Notes: generated by a model not told the origin, from the sequence alone. Shown: positions 9,933-21,313, counted from the stretch's first letter. The stretch: DNA of 64,000 nt from Sedimentisphaerales bacterium (GCA_963708075.1 OY970194.1:6528001-6592000), one strand, 5' to 3'. Numbers and translations: made by a program.

Positions 9933-10862
9933 ATGGCAAAGAAGATCACGATTGCAGTGATGGGAGTAGCACTGTTGACCACGGTCGGCCTGATTCTGGC
10001 CCAGGAGGGCCCACAGGGGCAGGGCGGCGGGCAGGGCAATGCCCCGCGCATGGGCCCCCAGGGCGGGCCGATGGGTCCGTGGCTTGACGATCTTGAGAAG
10101 GCGTATGAACAGAAGAACATGGACAAAATCGGAGAACTCATCAAACAGATGAGGGAGCGGCGCCGGCAGTTCCCGGGCCGGCCCGGGGAACCGGGCCTCG
10201 GCGGTCCGCCCGAGGGAATGCGGGGTCCCGGCGGCGGCCGGTTTGGCCCGGGGGGTGAGGCGTCGTCGCAGCTCCTCAAGCCGCCTGTGCCCAAAGGGGC
10301 TTCGGAGAAGGCGATTCTGGCTGTGCTCGACGAGATGAATGCCGGTCAGCGAAGGGGCATGATGAACGTGCCCCCGGAGGGCGGCCGGTTCCTGCGGCTG
10401 CTCGCCGAGGCGATAGGGGCGAAGAGCATCGTCGAGATCGGCACGTCGAATGGCTATTCAGGGATCTGGCAATGCCTGGCCCTCAAGGCCACCGGCGGCA
10501 AGCTCACCACTTTTGAGATCGATGCCCAGCGGGCCGCCCTGGCACGCGAGAACTTCAAGAAAGCCGGCGTCGCCGATATCGTCACCCTGGTCGAAGGAGA
10601 CGCGCACCAGAAGGTCACGCAGGTAGAAGGCCCCGTGGATATGGCCTTTGTCGATGCCGACAAGGAAGGCTATATCGATTACCTGAATAAGCTCCTGCCG
10701 AAGATGCGGCCGGGCGGACTGATCGTCGCGCACAACATCACGCCGGGCATGGCCGATGCAAGGTACCTCGAAGCCATCACGACCAACCCGGACATCGAGA
10801 CGCTCTTCTTTTCCGAAGGCGGCGGTATCAGCGTGTCCATGAAGAAACATGACCTGAAATAG
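9933..10862 (+). CDS. SAM-dependent O-methyltransferase with signal peptide and Gly/Pro-rich N-extension
   Basis: VEIGTSNGYSG, FVDADKEGY, PGGLIVAHN; N-terminal MAKK-hydrophobic-ILA. Confidence 0.85.
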   Translation: MAKKITIAVMGVALLTTVGLILAQEGPQGQGGGQGNAPRMGPQGGPMGPWLDDLEKAYEQKNMDKIGELIKQMRERRRQFPGRPGEPGLGGPPEGMRGPGGGRFGPGGEASSQLLKPPVPKGASEKAILAVLDEMNAGQRRGMMNVPPEGGRFLRLLAEAIGAKSIVEIGTSNGYSGIWQCLALKATGGKLTTFEIDAQRAALARENFKKAGVADIVTLVEGDAHQKVTQVEGPVDMAFVDADKEGYIDYLNKLLPKMRPGGLIVAHNITPGMADARYLEAITTNPDIETLFFSEGGGISVSMKKHDLK

Positions 10863-11207
10863 ACGTGTCGCCCCCCATGGGCGAGCGAGTTGTACAAGCG
10901 GCTTCTTACACAAGGGGGTGTCGGTGGATCCTCCTCGATGGATGCGGCGTTAAGACCATCGGCACCCCCACGCATGCCACCCGGCAACGGAATGCGATTC
11001 AACAACACGCCGCCCTTGGCTGTGGAACGTCCGGAAAAATCTCGCTCCTTTTCACGGAAACTCCGTTACGTTTCCGTGGCGGTGGGGGACTAATTATGGA
11101 TGAAAAAGCCACGGGACCCGCAGGTGTCGAGGCTGACCCGGATGCCCTTCGCCCGGTAAGGCCATCGAAACAAGCCTGAGGGGACGTATGCCATGGGGAG
11201 GTGTGTC

Positions 11208-13371
11208 ATGAGAGCAAGAGCCTGTCTGAGTCTGTCGATTGGGATCGTTGTGTGCTGGGTGAGCCTTGCTGCCGGGGGCGATCTCTATGATGAAACCGCG
11301 ATCCCCGTCCTGCAGTTGAAATTCTCCCAGACCAACTGGTGGCAGCAGTTACAGACCAACTATCAGTCCAGGACGAATCTCCCCGCCACGCTGACGGCCG
11401 ATAGAGTCGTCTATGAGAGCGTGGGAGTCCGCTTTCGCGGCAATACGTCCTACCAGATGACCGGGACCTCCCAGAAGAAGTCCTTCAACATCGAGATCGA
11501 CCACGCGATCCCGGGCCAGAGCCTCATGGGCTACGAGACGCTCAACCTGATCAACTGCGCCGGCGACGCCACGTTCATGCGGGAGGTGCTCTACTCCAAC
11601 ACATGCCGGCAGCAGGTCCCCAGCGCCAAGGCGAATTTCGTCAGGCTTGAAATCAACGGTGAGAACTGGGGCATCTACGCCAACATACAGCAGCTCAACG
11701 GCGAGTTCATCCGGGAATGGTTCCTCAGCAACGACGGTACGCGCTGGCGTGCCCAAGGGGATATGGGAGGCGGGGGAGTCCCCGGCGGCCGCACCCCGCC
11801 CGGCGGCACTACGCCCGTGACTCCGGTCGGACCGGATGTGCCACCGCGTGCGACTGCTGGAGAGATCACGATCGCTGAGGCCCCCGGAGGCGGCGGGGGC
11901 GGTGTCACGAACGGCGTGGCGGCCCTCACCTGGCAGGGTACTGCTTCGACCGCCTACGAACGCGTCTATGAGTTGAAGAACAGCGGGCAGGCCGATCCCT
12001 GGGTCAGCCTGATCCACGTGTGCGACGTGCTGAACAACACACCGTTGGCCCAACTGCCGGACAAGCTGGAGCCCGTGCTCAACGTGGACCGTGCCTTGTG
12101 GGTCTGCGCATTCGAGATCGTCTTCCAGGATGACGACGGGTACGTGAACAAGCGCGGCAGCGATTACTGCCTGTATTACGAGCCTGAGAACCGGCAGGAC
12201 GCACCTGATGCAGTATGATGGAAATGAATCCATGAATATGACTGGGGCGGGGTGGTCCATCTTCTACCGGGCGGATGATCCGGTGGTGCCTGTCATGTAC
12301 CGCCTGATGGCTGTTCCTCAATATCGCCAGAGGTACCTTGCCCACGTCCGCACGATTCTGGATTCCTTTTTCACGGAAGAAGGCCTTTCCACGAAGATCG
12401 ATGCCTATCGAGCTCTCATCGAGAATGAGGTGAAGGCCGATACGAAGAAGCTGTACACCACGCAGGCGTTCACCAGCGGCATCGAGACACTGAAGAGTTT
12501 CGTTCGAACGCGGCGCAGCGCCATCCTGTCGAATCAGGAGGTGAACCGGCCGGTCCCCAAGATCCTCGCCGTCACTCAGGAGACCACCCAGCGTGAAGCC
12601 GGACAGACTATTACGGTGACAGCTCATCTCAGCAGCGCGGTGGCTGTCTCCGGCGTCCAATTGTTTGTCGCGCCGGGTCCCTTTGCCCTCTTTACGCCGA
12701 TGCCCATGACCGACGAGGGCCACCAGGGCGAAGGCGAGACAGCCGAGCACATCTTCAGTGTTACCCTGCCGGACTATCCCGCGGGCACGGTGCTGCGCTA
12801 CTACGTTCAGGCTATGACGGACGATGGGCTGGGGACTGTGGCATTTGATCCTCCCTGCGCGGAACATGAGGTCTATGCCTACGTGGTGACCTACCCGCAC
12901 GGGGCTTCCTCCGCGGTAGTTGTTAACGAGGTCATGGCGAGGAACCGGTCCGCCGTTGCCGACCCGCAGGGCGAGTACGATGACTGGATCGAGCTGAAGA
13001 ACATCAGCGACCAAGCTATCGACCTGTCCGGGATGTATCTGAGCGACAATCCGATCAACCCGCTCAAGTGGCAGTTCCCACAGGGGACTCAGCTCGGACC
13101 CGGCGGGTATCTGATCGTCTGGGCCGATGAAGACGGCGGGGATGAGCCGGGCCTGCACGCGAATTTCAAGCTGTCGTCGGACGGCGAGACGGTCTGGTTG
13201 TATGACACCCCCGCCAAGGGCTACGCGCTTCTGGACTCCGCGACATTCGAAGACCTCGCGGCGGATCGATCCTGCGCCCGATACCCCGACGGCACCGGTC
13301 CCATGCAGACAGCCTCCGCCCCTTCGCCCCTGGGCCCCAATGCAACCCCGGTGACGTCCAAAATCAAGTGA
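11208..13371 (+). CDS. CotH kinase-family protein with C-terminal lamin-tail domain (split by +1 frameshift)
   Basis: VGVRFRGNTS..KKSFNI and MREVLY (CotH); VVNEVMARN..DWIELKN..LSGMYLSD (LTD). The two ORFs join on removing one A from GAGAACC at 12186-12192. Confidence 0.85.
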
Positions 13372-13549
13372 TGGCAGAAGACAGACGTTAAACGATCATG
13401 CTTGAGTTTCCCATAGGACATCACCAAGCCCCGGGTGGCAGCGGCGATAATCTTTGCCACCATGCGTCGCACCTGTTCTTCCTTCATGATAGCATCTCCT
13501 TTCTGCATTCGCCGCCGCCCGCCTCCGTGTCATGGGGGCCGTGGCGAGC

Positions 13550-14248
13550 CTACAGATGGAAATCCCGTGCGCCTTCAGGCTGGTACACGAGCCCGTCGAT
13601 GCGGATGCGGTTGGCGATCAGATGTCCAACTCTTCGCCCAAGAATCGCCAGACCCATCGGTGTCAGGATCGAGACCTTCCTCGTCTCCTGATCCCCGTTG
13701 CGCGCTGCGTCTTTCGGGAACACCAGGGCTACGGTCATCTCGGCGTCGTGCTTGTCTCTCAGGCGGACCTTGGAGTTCATCGTCACCACGTTACCCGCCA
13801 CATCGTGAGGCGGAACCGTATCCGCCGTGTCCAGCAGTCGCTGGAGCCTGTCGAGGTAGCTATCCCGAACCGACCCTGATGCTTTGGCGTCAGCCAGCAC
13901 CTTACGCAGTCGCGTCGCGTCGAAGTCCGTCACCTGCGCCGTCTGACCGGAAATGCCGGCGCCGCGTTCGGAGTTCATTTGTCCCGCGCAGGCGTCCAGC
14001 TCGATGCGTCGCCTGTGGCAGAAATCCGTGATCCTTTCCGTCAGGAGTTTCCACTGGTAGGGGGACAGCCCCTCGATAAAGACCTGTCCGGGCGCACTGT
14101 AGAAGGCATCGTGCACCTCCTTCGTATGGCGCGCATGAAGACACTGGAATTTGTCCTCCCACCAGCATACGTGGTAGTATTTCTCTCGGTACAAAGGGGT
14201 CTCCGCAATTGCCTGCGCCACGATGTTCTGCACTTGTTTTTCGGTCAT
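13550..14248 (-). CDS. Rnk/GreA-GreB C-terminal domain protein with extra N-terminal domain
   Basis: VVTMNSKVRL..LVFP..KVSILTPMGLAILG..YQPE; RBS AAAGGAGA. Confidence 0.8.
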   Translation of the reverse strand: MTEKQVQNIVAQAIAETPLYREKYYHVCWWEDKFQCLHARHTKEVHDAFYSAPGQVFIEGLSPYQWKLLTERITDFCHRRRIELDACAGQMNSERGAGISGQTAQVTDFDATRLRKVLADAKASGSVRDSYLDRLQRLLDTADTVPPHDVAGNVVTMNSKVRLRDKHDAEMTVALVFPKDAARNGDQETRKVSILTPMGLAILGRRVGHLIANRIRIDGLVYQPEGARDFHL

Positions 14249-14756
14249 CGAATCATCTCCTTTGCGGACTGTGTGCCGCCATTGTCTGGTGATGCTTTCA
14301 TCGCGTGGACTTCCCTCGCGGGGAGAGGCCGCGATTTCATGCCCACGGTGAATTGCGTTTTCGTGTTTCGAAGAGCGTGATGTCGGCCGGCCGACACATC
14401 CTGGACAGAGTATGAACGCCATCAACCCGGCGCCCGGGTTACCTTTTGGATGGAAAGCTGGCCGATACGATCAGATGGAGCAGAGGGGAGGGTCGTTTCG
14501 GGCGCAGTGGGGGCGTTTGTTCCCACGAGAGCGCGTCAGGGACGCGGGCGCGCGAGAAGCACAGATACGCATGCTACCAGCGAAACCGACCGTGGCGAAC
14601 AAATTGTGATGGGTGGTAGCCATTGTTATCTTCATGCGTTTTGCCTGGATCGTTTACACAACCGACGCATTCACACGATTGCATCCCTCTTGTATACGTC
14701 TAATATAGCAGATGGTTTCCTTGCGTCAACCCCTTAGGGCGAGGAAATCCCTCATC

Positions 14757-14935
14757 GGGTGTGGTCGGCATCCGGTGGCGAATTGGGCCGCAATGTAGGG
14801 CAAGCGAGGGCGCTCGCCTCCTTGTCGTGCGTCTTCGCACGACGATCCGAGCCATGGCGAGTCTTCACAATGGGCGGGCGGGGACGCTCACCCTACAAAA
14901 GCCGTAGGTACCGCTACCGTATTCGGACCGCACCC
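14757..14935. mobile_element. MITE family A (short form) containing a GTAG-type REP pair
   Basis: TIR GGGTGTGGTCGG / GGACCGCACCC; TSD CCTCATC (14750-14756, 14936-14942); inverted relative of 56246-56426. Confidence 0.75.
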
Positions 14936-15065
14936 CCTCATCAGGACGATGCTTGCATCCACATGACGCATTGACACTCCTTCCCACCGGTGGATACTAT
15001 AGAAGTTGGCGGCAGATTCAGTGTCCTGCAGAGGAACGGCATCTGATGGTCAAGGAGACGAGTAT

Positions 15066-15773
15066 ATGGGTGGACCGAAGGCGTGGCTGTTGTTGATGCT
15101 CTCCGCGTGTGCTGTCACCTCGACATATGGTGGCGCGCCGGCGGACCCGGACCCGAATCGGTTTGCCGGGGAGATCAAGGCGTTTGCGGAGTGGGACAGC
15201 AAGAACGCCGTGCCTGCGGAGCCCGTGCTGTTCGTCGGCAGCTCCAGCATCCGCATGTGGCGGACGCACGATTGTTTTCCCAGTCTGCCCGTCGTCAATC
15301 GCGGCTTTGGGGGCTCGCACATCTCGGATGTCCTCCACTTTGCAGATCGTCTTGTATTCCCCTATAGATCGCAGGTGATTGTCTTCTATGCCGGGGATAA
15401 CGATATTGCCGCGGGCAAATCCGCCGAGCGCGTCTTCGAGGACTACCGCAAGTTTGTGGGGATCGTTCGCGCGAAGCTGCCGGAGGCCCGCGTTGTGTTT
15501 CTTTCCATCAAGCCGAGCGAGTCCCGCTGGTCGTTGTGGCCCGAAATGAAGAAGGCCAACGAGCTTGTGCAGGACCTGTCCCGCAAGGATGACCGCCTGT
15601 TGTTTGCCGATCTGGCCACGCCTGTTTTGGGCGTCGACGGCAAGCCTCGCAGCGAGCTGTTCCTCGGGGATAAGCTGCATTTGAGCCCCGCCGGATACGC
15701 TGTCTGGACACAGGCTCTTGTGCCGGTGCTCCGGCAGGCCCTGGCCTTGCGTCGCGACACAAGTTCTCCCTGA
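15066..15773 (+). CDS. Secreted SGNH/GDSL hydrolase
   Basis: LFVGSSSI, NRGFGGS, YAGDND, DKLHLS; signal peptide. Confidence 0.9.
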   Translation: MGGPKAWLLLMLSACAVTSTYGGAPADPDPNRFAGEIKAFAEWDSKNAVPAEPVLFVGSSSIRMWRTHDCFPSLPVVNRGFGGSHISDVLHFADRLVFPYRSQVIVFYAGDNDIAAGKSAERVFEDYRKFVGIVRAKLPEARVVFLSIKPSESRWSLWPEMKKANELVQDLSRKDDRLLFADLATPVLGVDGKPRSELFLGDKLHLSPAGYAVWTQALVPVLRQALALRRDTSSP

Positions 15774-15870
15774 GACACGCCTGCTTGTTCGCCCGCCATA
15801 CAGACCTGAAGACACCGATCGTCCAGTAGGTCAGATAATATCCGCGTTTTCTGCGTATTTTTTTTCTCGC

Positions 15871-15899
15871 TTGCAGTTGGACGGAACATCCTCTATAAT
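15871..15899 (+). promoter_or_regulatory. sigma70-type promoter
   Basis: TTGCAG-17-TATAAT; CATCCTCTATA is repeated over and just after the -10 box. Confidence 0.55.
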
Positions 15900-15998
15900 A
15901 AGCGCATCCTCTATAGTGTGGCGCCGACGCAAGGTCCGCCCGGTGCCGTTTCGGGATGCAAAGTAAGAAGCTTTCATAAGAGGAGAACGGAGAGCGTC

Positions 15999-16757
15999 AT
16001 GGCCCGCCATTCAAAAGCATTCACATTGATCGAACTTCTTGTGGTTATAGCTATCATCGCGCTGTTGATGTCCATTCTCATGCCCGCGATGTCCAAGGCG
16101 AAAGAGAGCGCCCGCGAGATCGTCTGCAAGTCTCACCTCAGCAGCGTAGGGCTGGGGATGATGATGTTTCTGCAGGACAACGACATGAAGGCGGCGGACA
16201 ACAGCAAGTCCAACGGGTTCTTCTGGTATGATGCGGCCCACAACATTCGGCCCGTGACGGACGGGGATGCCTACTGGGGGGTGGCGTACATCAGCTACAT
16301 CAAGGAACCGAAGGTTTTTGGCTGTCCCAGCTATCGGGCCGTGGCGGAACTGATTTATCCGGATGAGCCCAAGCTGATTTTCCAGGCGGCGTATTCTCTC
16401 AGTCAGTGGGTCTACTGGGACCTGGATACGAACAAGGAGCGAGGCACGCTCAGCAGGATCAAGAACCAGTCGGAGTTCATCGTTGCGCATGACCACGTCG
16501 AGCCCAAGATCGAGCAGGGCGCCAATGACATGTTCCACAATAACGGCGCCGGCACCATGAACCTGACCCACTATCGCCAGGGCGGCGGTCGTGCAAAATT
16601 CTACCGCGGCATCTTCCGCCACAATATTCGCTCGAACGAGGCCTTCGAGACGCAGGGACGGGCGAACATCCTCTGGCTGGATGCCCACGTCACCACGCTG
16701 CAAGAGACCACCGGCGATGATGTGCCGAAGTGGTGGTACAGCGGCAAGAAGCCCTAA
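15999..16757 (+). CDS. Prepilin-type N-terminal methylation / H-X9-DG-type protein
   Basis: AFTLIELLVVIAIIALLMSILMPA; RH..GRANILWLDAHV. Confidence 0.9.
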   Translation: MARHSKAFTLIELLVVIAIIALLMSILMPAMSKAKESAREIVCKSHLSSVGLGMMMFLQDNDMKAADNSKSNGFFWYDAAHNIRPVTDGDAYWGVAYISYIKEPKVFGCPSYRAVAELIYPDEPKLIFQAAYSLSQWVYWDLDTNKERGTLSRIKNQSEFIVAHDHVEPKIEQGANDMFHNNGAGTMNLTHYRQGGGRAKFYRGIFRHNIRSNEAFETQGRANILWLDAHVTTLQETTGDDVPKWWYSGKKP

Positions 16758-16925
16758 CAGGCGCAAACGATTTCATCGAAGGCTCTGACAGCCGTCGGCG
16801 CCACCCCCGCAGGCAGCATCGCCGTCGGGCCCAAGAATATCGCAAATCAGTCGCAATCGCTCCAGCCATTTGTTATCCTCTGCAGACTGCTTGAAATTCA
16901 GGGATTGAATAGGCTTTTGGGGTCA

Positions 16926-18704
16926 ATGATGAGAGCAGTCTCACTGTCTTTACTGTTCGTTCTTTTGCTCTCGGTGAGTGCACCTGCCGCCCAGACGCCG
17001 GAACTGCGGGGCGTGTGGATGCATGCCACGGCGATCAAAACGAGTGCGGAGGCGGATGCCGCCGTTGCCAAAATTGAGCAAGCCCGCTTCAACGCCGTCT
17101 TTCTCCTCGTATGGTACTGGGGCGGCCAGGCCTTTTTCCGCAGCGACCTGGCCCCCATGGGCGACGGCGTCGAGCCCGGCTATGACCCCCTCGCGTACAT
17201 GATCGAGCGTTGCCACAAGCGAGGCATCCAGGTCCATGCGTGGTTCGTCAACGGCTCCCACGGGGCGTCCGAGCCCAGGAATATCCTCAGCCAGCATCCG
17301 GATTGGGCCGTCAGGGACGGCGCGGGCTGGACCACCTGGTATGATTTGGGCAAGCCGGAGGTCCGCCGCTTCCAGAGCGACCTGATGATCGAGTGCCTCA
17401 GCAGGTACAACGTCGACGGTATCCACTTCGACTACATCCGCTATGGCCCGCATCAGTGCTACTGTGATTACTGCCAGGGCGAGTTCGCCATGCGCTACGG
17501 CGGCATGCTGCTGACCGACGAGCAGCGTAAGACCTTTCCCACCGGTGCCGGAATCACCGCCAACCCGCTGACGAACCCGACCACGGCGACGGTCCTGGCC
17601 ACGCTATCCGACGGGACGCCCGCCATCGCACTGAACGCGCTCGGCAAAGGGGCCGTGCTGCTGCTCAACTGGCACGCCGAAAATGAGATGCCGCCGGCCG
17701 TCGCGGAGACCGTCAAGGTCATGCTCGATCTGTGGACCGTCGCCGGCACCTGGCCGGTCCACATCACCACGACGGAGGAGAACCGCAGCGAGTACGGGAT
17801 GGAATCGTTCGAGGCGGCCCGGGCGTCGCTCCGCCGGCTTGGCCACACGATCAAGGCGATCCCCATCGAGCAGGTCAAGTCTCTGCCGCCCGGCAGCACC
17901 CTCGTCCTGCCCGCCGTGTACGTCATTTCGCCCACAGTGGCGGGGGACCTGGAGCAGTACGTCAAGAGGGGCGGCATGATGCTCATGATCGACGGCCCCA
18001 CAAAGTCCATGCACCTCGGCCCGGTCCGGCACATCACCGGTTTCTCGCAGACGGGCAAGTACATCCATCGCGACGACGTCATCCAGTCCACCGGCCGCAG
18101 CCCGATCGTGCTCCGCGGCGCCCACCAGCTCGACGTGCTCCAGTGGAAGTACCGCATGCAGCGATGGGCCGAGTTTCGCAAGTCCGGCGTCACCGATCTC
18201 GTCCGCGACGTCTACCGCCGGGCCAAGAAACTCAAGCCCAAGGCCCAGGTGACCGCCGCCGTCATGAGTTCCTTCGAATCGGCCAACTCCGCCTACCAGG
18301 ACTGGCCCCGCTGGCTCCGCGACGGCACCATCGACTACGTGATCCCGATGGCCTACACGGAGGATATGATCGAGCTGCAGCAGCAGATCGCCAGTTGGAA
18401 GACCCTGGACCGCCAACTCCAGCGGATCATCCCCGGCCTGTCCATCTACCAGAAAACGGGCAGCCAGACCACCACGCGCAGGCTCGACCTCATCCGCGAC
18501 CAGCAGCGCCTCTGCCGCCAGCAGGGCGCCGACGGAAACATGTATTTCTCCCTCCAGTATCTGAGCGATCCCCTGATCACTCTCTTTCGCACGGAGTTGT
18601 ACCCGACCGCCGCCCCCGCCTACGCGCCGCCGAGCCGGAGTTCCTCGCCGCCACCGCGGCCGGAAGCCGCGAAATCCGAAACAAATCCGAAAACCAACAA
18701 CTAA
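16926..18704 (+). CDS. Glycoside hydrolase-like family 10 (DUF187/YddW-like) with inserted domain
   Basis: ELRGVW, YDPLAYMIERCHKRGIQVHAW, VDGIHFDYIRY, QDWPRW..DYVIPMAY. Confidence 0.85.
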   Translation: MMRAVSLSLLFVLLLSVSAPAAQTPELRGVWMHATAIKTSAEADAAVAKIEQARFNAVFLLVWYWGGQAFFRSDLAPMGDGVEPGYDPLAYMIERCHKRGIQVHAWFVNGSHGASEPRNILSQHPDWAVRDGAGWTTWYDLGKPEVRRFQSDLMIECLSRYNVDGIHFDYIRYGPHQCYCDYCQGEFAMRYGGMLLTDEQRKTFPTGAGITANPLTNPTTATVLATLSDGTPAIALNALGKGAVLLLNWHAENEMPPAVAETVKVMLDLWTVAGTWPVHITTTEENRSEYGMESFEAARASLRRLGHTIKAIPIEQVKSLPPGSTLVLPAVYVISPTVAGDLEQYVKRGGMMLMIDGPTKSMHLGPVRHITGFSQTGKYIHRDDVIQSTGRSPIVLRGAHQLDVLQWKYRMQRWAEFRKSGVTDLVRDVYRRAKKLKPKAQVTAAVMSSFESANSAYQDWPRWLRDGTIDYVIPMAYTEDMIELQQQIASWKTLDRQLQRIIPGLSIYQKTGSQTTTRRLDLIRDQQRLCRQQGADGNMYFSLQYLSDPLITLFRTELYPTAAPAYAPPSRSSSPPPRPEAAKSETNPKTNN

Positions 18705-19139
18705 GAACTCGCAAACAGAGGCACTTCCGTAGGGTGTGCATCGCACGCCGGATTCCCTGTCAGCAAAAGTAGGGTGGGACTTGCCCCACCGGTTCTCCCT
18801 GATGAAGCTGCGACAAATTACTTGGAGGCCTATATGGGCCGGACCGATGTGGTGAAGCCGAAATGAGCACGATAACTGCGGAAGTTCGAGGCCAAGAAGA
18901 ACGGGACGGAAAATGGGTGCGTCCTTGGTATTCCCGGGCAGAATCCCGCAGAGCGGTATCGAGAAACTCGGAGGAATACGTGTAAATACGTATTTTGGGG
19001 GGATGGCGATTTTCTCTCTCAAGTACGGCCAGTTGAGTGCCGATGATCGCGCCCATGAGACTGCCCAGTCTTGGGCATCCAGGAGGAAATCTGCGAGAGA
19101 TCTCTTGGATTCCCATGGCGAGCAAGAGGAGACAAGACC

Positions 19140-20411
19140 ATGGACATACCAGTCCAACTTGAGCAAACGAGGGATTCTAGCAGAAGTGAGGGAGAACCGG
19201 ACGCCGCCATGAGCTTTACGCGGGCGCGGCTGAAGATCAAGGATATTCTCAATCCGAATGTGGTAACCGCTTCTCCGGCGGAGACAGTCTTCTGTGCCGC
19301 CAGACGGATGTGCCACTGCCGGGTTTCCTGCGTCGTGGTGGTCGACAGTGGCAACATCGTCGGCCTTTTGACGCAGAAGGACCTGGTCCTGGGTATCGCG
19401 CAGGAGCAGGAGGCCTATGGCCAACTCCCTGTGGCGCAACGCATGTCGAGCCCCGTGCTGGTGGCCTCGCCGGATATGCCCGTGCTCGAGGCGGCCCAAA
19501 TCCTCAGGTCCAAGGGCATCAAACATTTGCCTATCGTAGCTGAAAGGAAGCTCGTCGGCATCGTGACCCAGACCGATATCACCCGCGGCTTGATCTATAT
19601 GACCCCGCTGCAACGCGTCTGTGAGGTGATGAGCCCGCACGTCACGACCATCGATGAGGGAATGACGGTCACGGAGGCGGCGCGGACCATGGCAGCGCAG
19701 AAGGTCTCCTGTGTCGTGGTGACCCGATTCGACGAACCCATGGGGATCCTCACCCAGAAAGACATCCTCATGCGCGTGATCCTGCTGCAACGGGATCCGA
19801 CCTGCACATCGGTGGGCGAGGTGATGTCCGCCCCAATACTGCCCATACCGCCGGACTACCCGGTCTTCGCGGCAAGCCGGGCGATGGACAAGATGCGCGT
19901 GCACCGGCTCGTCGTCACCGAGGCAGGGCACGTTCGCGGAATCGTGTCTCAGACCGACATCCTCCACGCCGTCGAGCGAAGGCTCGCCGAAGAGGAAAGA
20001 CACTGGCTGCTTCTGGTTTGTTCCGACGTCCCTATGTTCATGCTTGACGCCACAGGGGTTGTGACCTATGCCAACGTCGCGTTTCTGAGATTGTTCGACG
20101 CGCAATCACACGAAGAGCTGGTCGGACGCATATTGTCGCAAGAGCGTCTCTGGAGCGGTTCGGAAGACAGAGAACGCCTCTTGGCCATGCTTGAGAGGGG
20201 CCAGTCAGATCTGCTCGAACTCGTCGCGCGGACCGCCGCCGGCAGACCACGGCGTATCGTCGTGCTCCTGGCAGTCACAAAGGACACCGGCGGCGACATC
20301 ATTGGCTGGCAAGGCGTGGCGTGGCCTGTGGCGGGCGCCAGGACGCGCAAGAAAGCGCTCTGTCACAATTCCCGCGGGAACACTCCGGGCTACGTCACGC
20401 CGAACCTTTGA
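19140..20411 (+). CDS. Four-CBS-domain protein with C-terminal PAS domain
   Basis: Four G(I/L)(L/V)(T/S)QxD CBS motifs; LDATGVVTYANVAF..ELVGR (PAS). Confidence 0.85.
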   Translation: MDIPVQLEQTRDSSRSEGEPDAAMSFTRARLKIKDILNPNVVTASPAETVFCAARRMCHCRVSCVVVVDSGNIVGLLTQKDLVLGIAQEQEAYGQLPVAQRMSSPVLVASPDMPVLEAAQILRSKGIKHLPIVAERKLVGIVTQTDITRGLIYMTPLQRVCEVMSPHVTTIDEGMTVTEAARTMAAQKVSCVVVTRFDEPMGILTQKDILMRVILLQRDPTCTSVGEVMSAPILPIPPDYPVFAASRAMDKMRVHRLVVTEAGHVRGIVSQTDILHAVERRLAEEERHWLLLVCSDVPMFMLDATGVVTYANVAFLRLFDAQSHEELVGRILSQERLWSGSEDRERLLAMLERGQSDLLELVARTAAGRPRRIVVLLAVTKDTGGDIIGWQGVAWPVAGARTRKKALCHNSRGNTPGYVTPNL

Positions 20412-20683
20412 CGGCGCACAACCGGCCGGCAGAGTCAGTCGGGCTCTGCGGCCGTAGTGCGATGCATCAAGGCACTTCCTACAGCCCGGACCGACCGAGG
20501 ATCCCGGCACCGGCTCATTGTGTGCATCCTGCGCGATCCCAGGGCAAGACGCCACGGAAACATGCAGGGGCCCGGCCCCATGCCGCTTTGTGATTCCGCC
20601 CTGGCGCCGCGGTGTCGCAGAACACCTGTGATTGGTCAGACGCGCGGGTGTCAGTGGCTGGGGTCTGCTCCTCAAGCCTTTTC

Positions 20684-21058
20684 TTATGTGAGCAGTTTCA
20701 CGGCGGCGTCCGGCCGGACGTTGGCCTGGGCGGCGAGGGCCCCGCTCGAGCCGGACCCGATTTCGCTCGCTACCCAGGACGCAAGGTCCTTGAGCAGGCC
20801 CGGTTTGAGGTCCTCCATGTTCAAGTCTACGGGCGCGTGCCTGAGGTACACTTCGAAGTTCCCGGCGGCTGGTCCCGTGACATCGATGAACCCGTTGCTG
20901 CCGACGACTTGCCTGACGGCCGTCCTGGCCTCATCCAATACGCCGCGACCCAGAGGATCTGGGAACTTGTGCTCAATGCCGGAAACCGGCGCTGATCCAT
21001 AGGATCCCCAGAGTGCGCGGACCATCCCTGTGCTCGTGGGACTTTCGGCCCTGGACAT
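20684..21058 (-). CDS. Hypothetical protein with flagellin-like C-terminus
   Basis: RBS GGAGGA; ends ALAAQANVRPDAAVKLLT. Confidence 0.6.
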   Translation of the reverse strand: MSRAESPTSTGMVRALWGSYGSAPVSGIEHKFPDPLGRGVLDEARTAVRQVVGSNGFIDVTGPAAGNFEVYLRHAPVDLNMEDLKPGLLKDLASWVASEIGSGSSGALAAQANVRPDAAVKLLT

Positions 21059-21313
21059 AGAATCCTCCACGAATGCACTGGTGTTTCTTAGGAATGATCT
21101 GTTTTCCGGGCCCCCCGATGGGTGCCCTCCGTTTCACAAAGTATAAGAAATAATTCCCGGTAGCAAAAGGGAGATCAACTCAATCCTGAGAGGTGCTGAA
21201 AGCGGCGTGCCTGTCCTTTTCAGGTCAGGTAATTCCCCGTCCTTTTCCATTCAGGTAATTCTGTAGGCACTTACTTTAGGTAAGGCGCGAATCGAGCATG
21301 GTGCATCCAAGGT

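Noticed and set aside
11095..11150. Possible c-di-GMP-I riboswitch (AAAGCCACGGG..CCGGATGCC)
   Set aside because: The 5' GGCAAA/GNRA stem half is not recognisable.
17604..20105. Long antisense ORFs (e.g. 833 aa here; also 58452-60014, 60186-61565, 62390-63769)
   Set aside because: These are shadows of real high-GC genes on the opposite strand and have no motifs.
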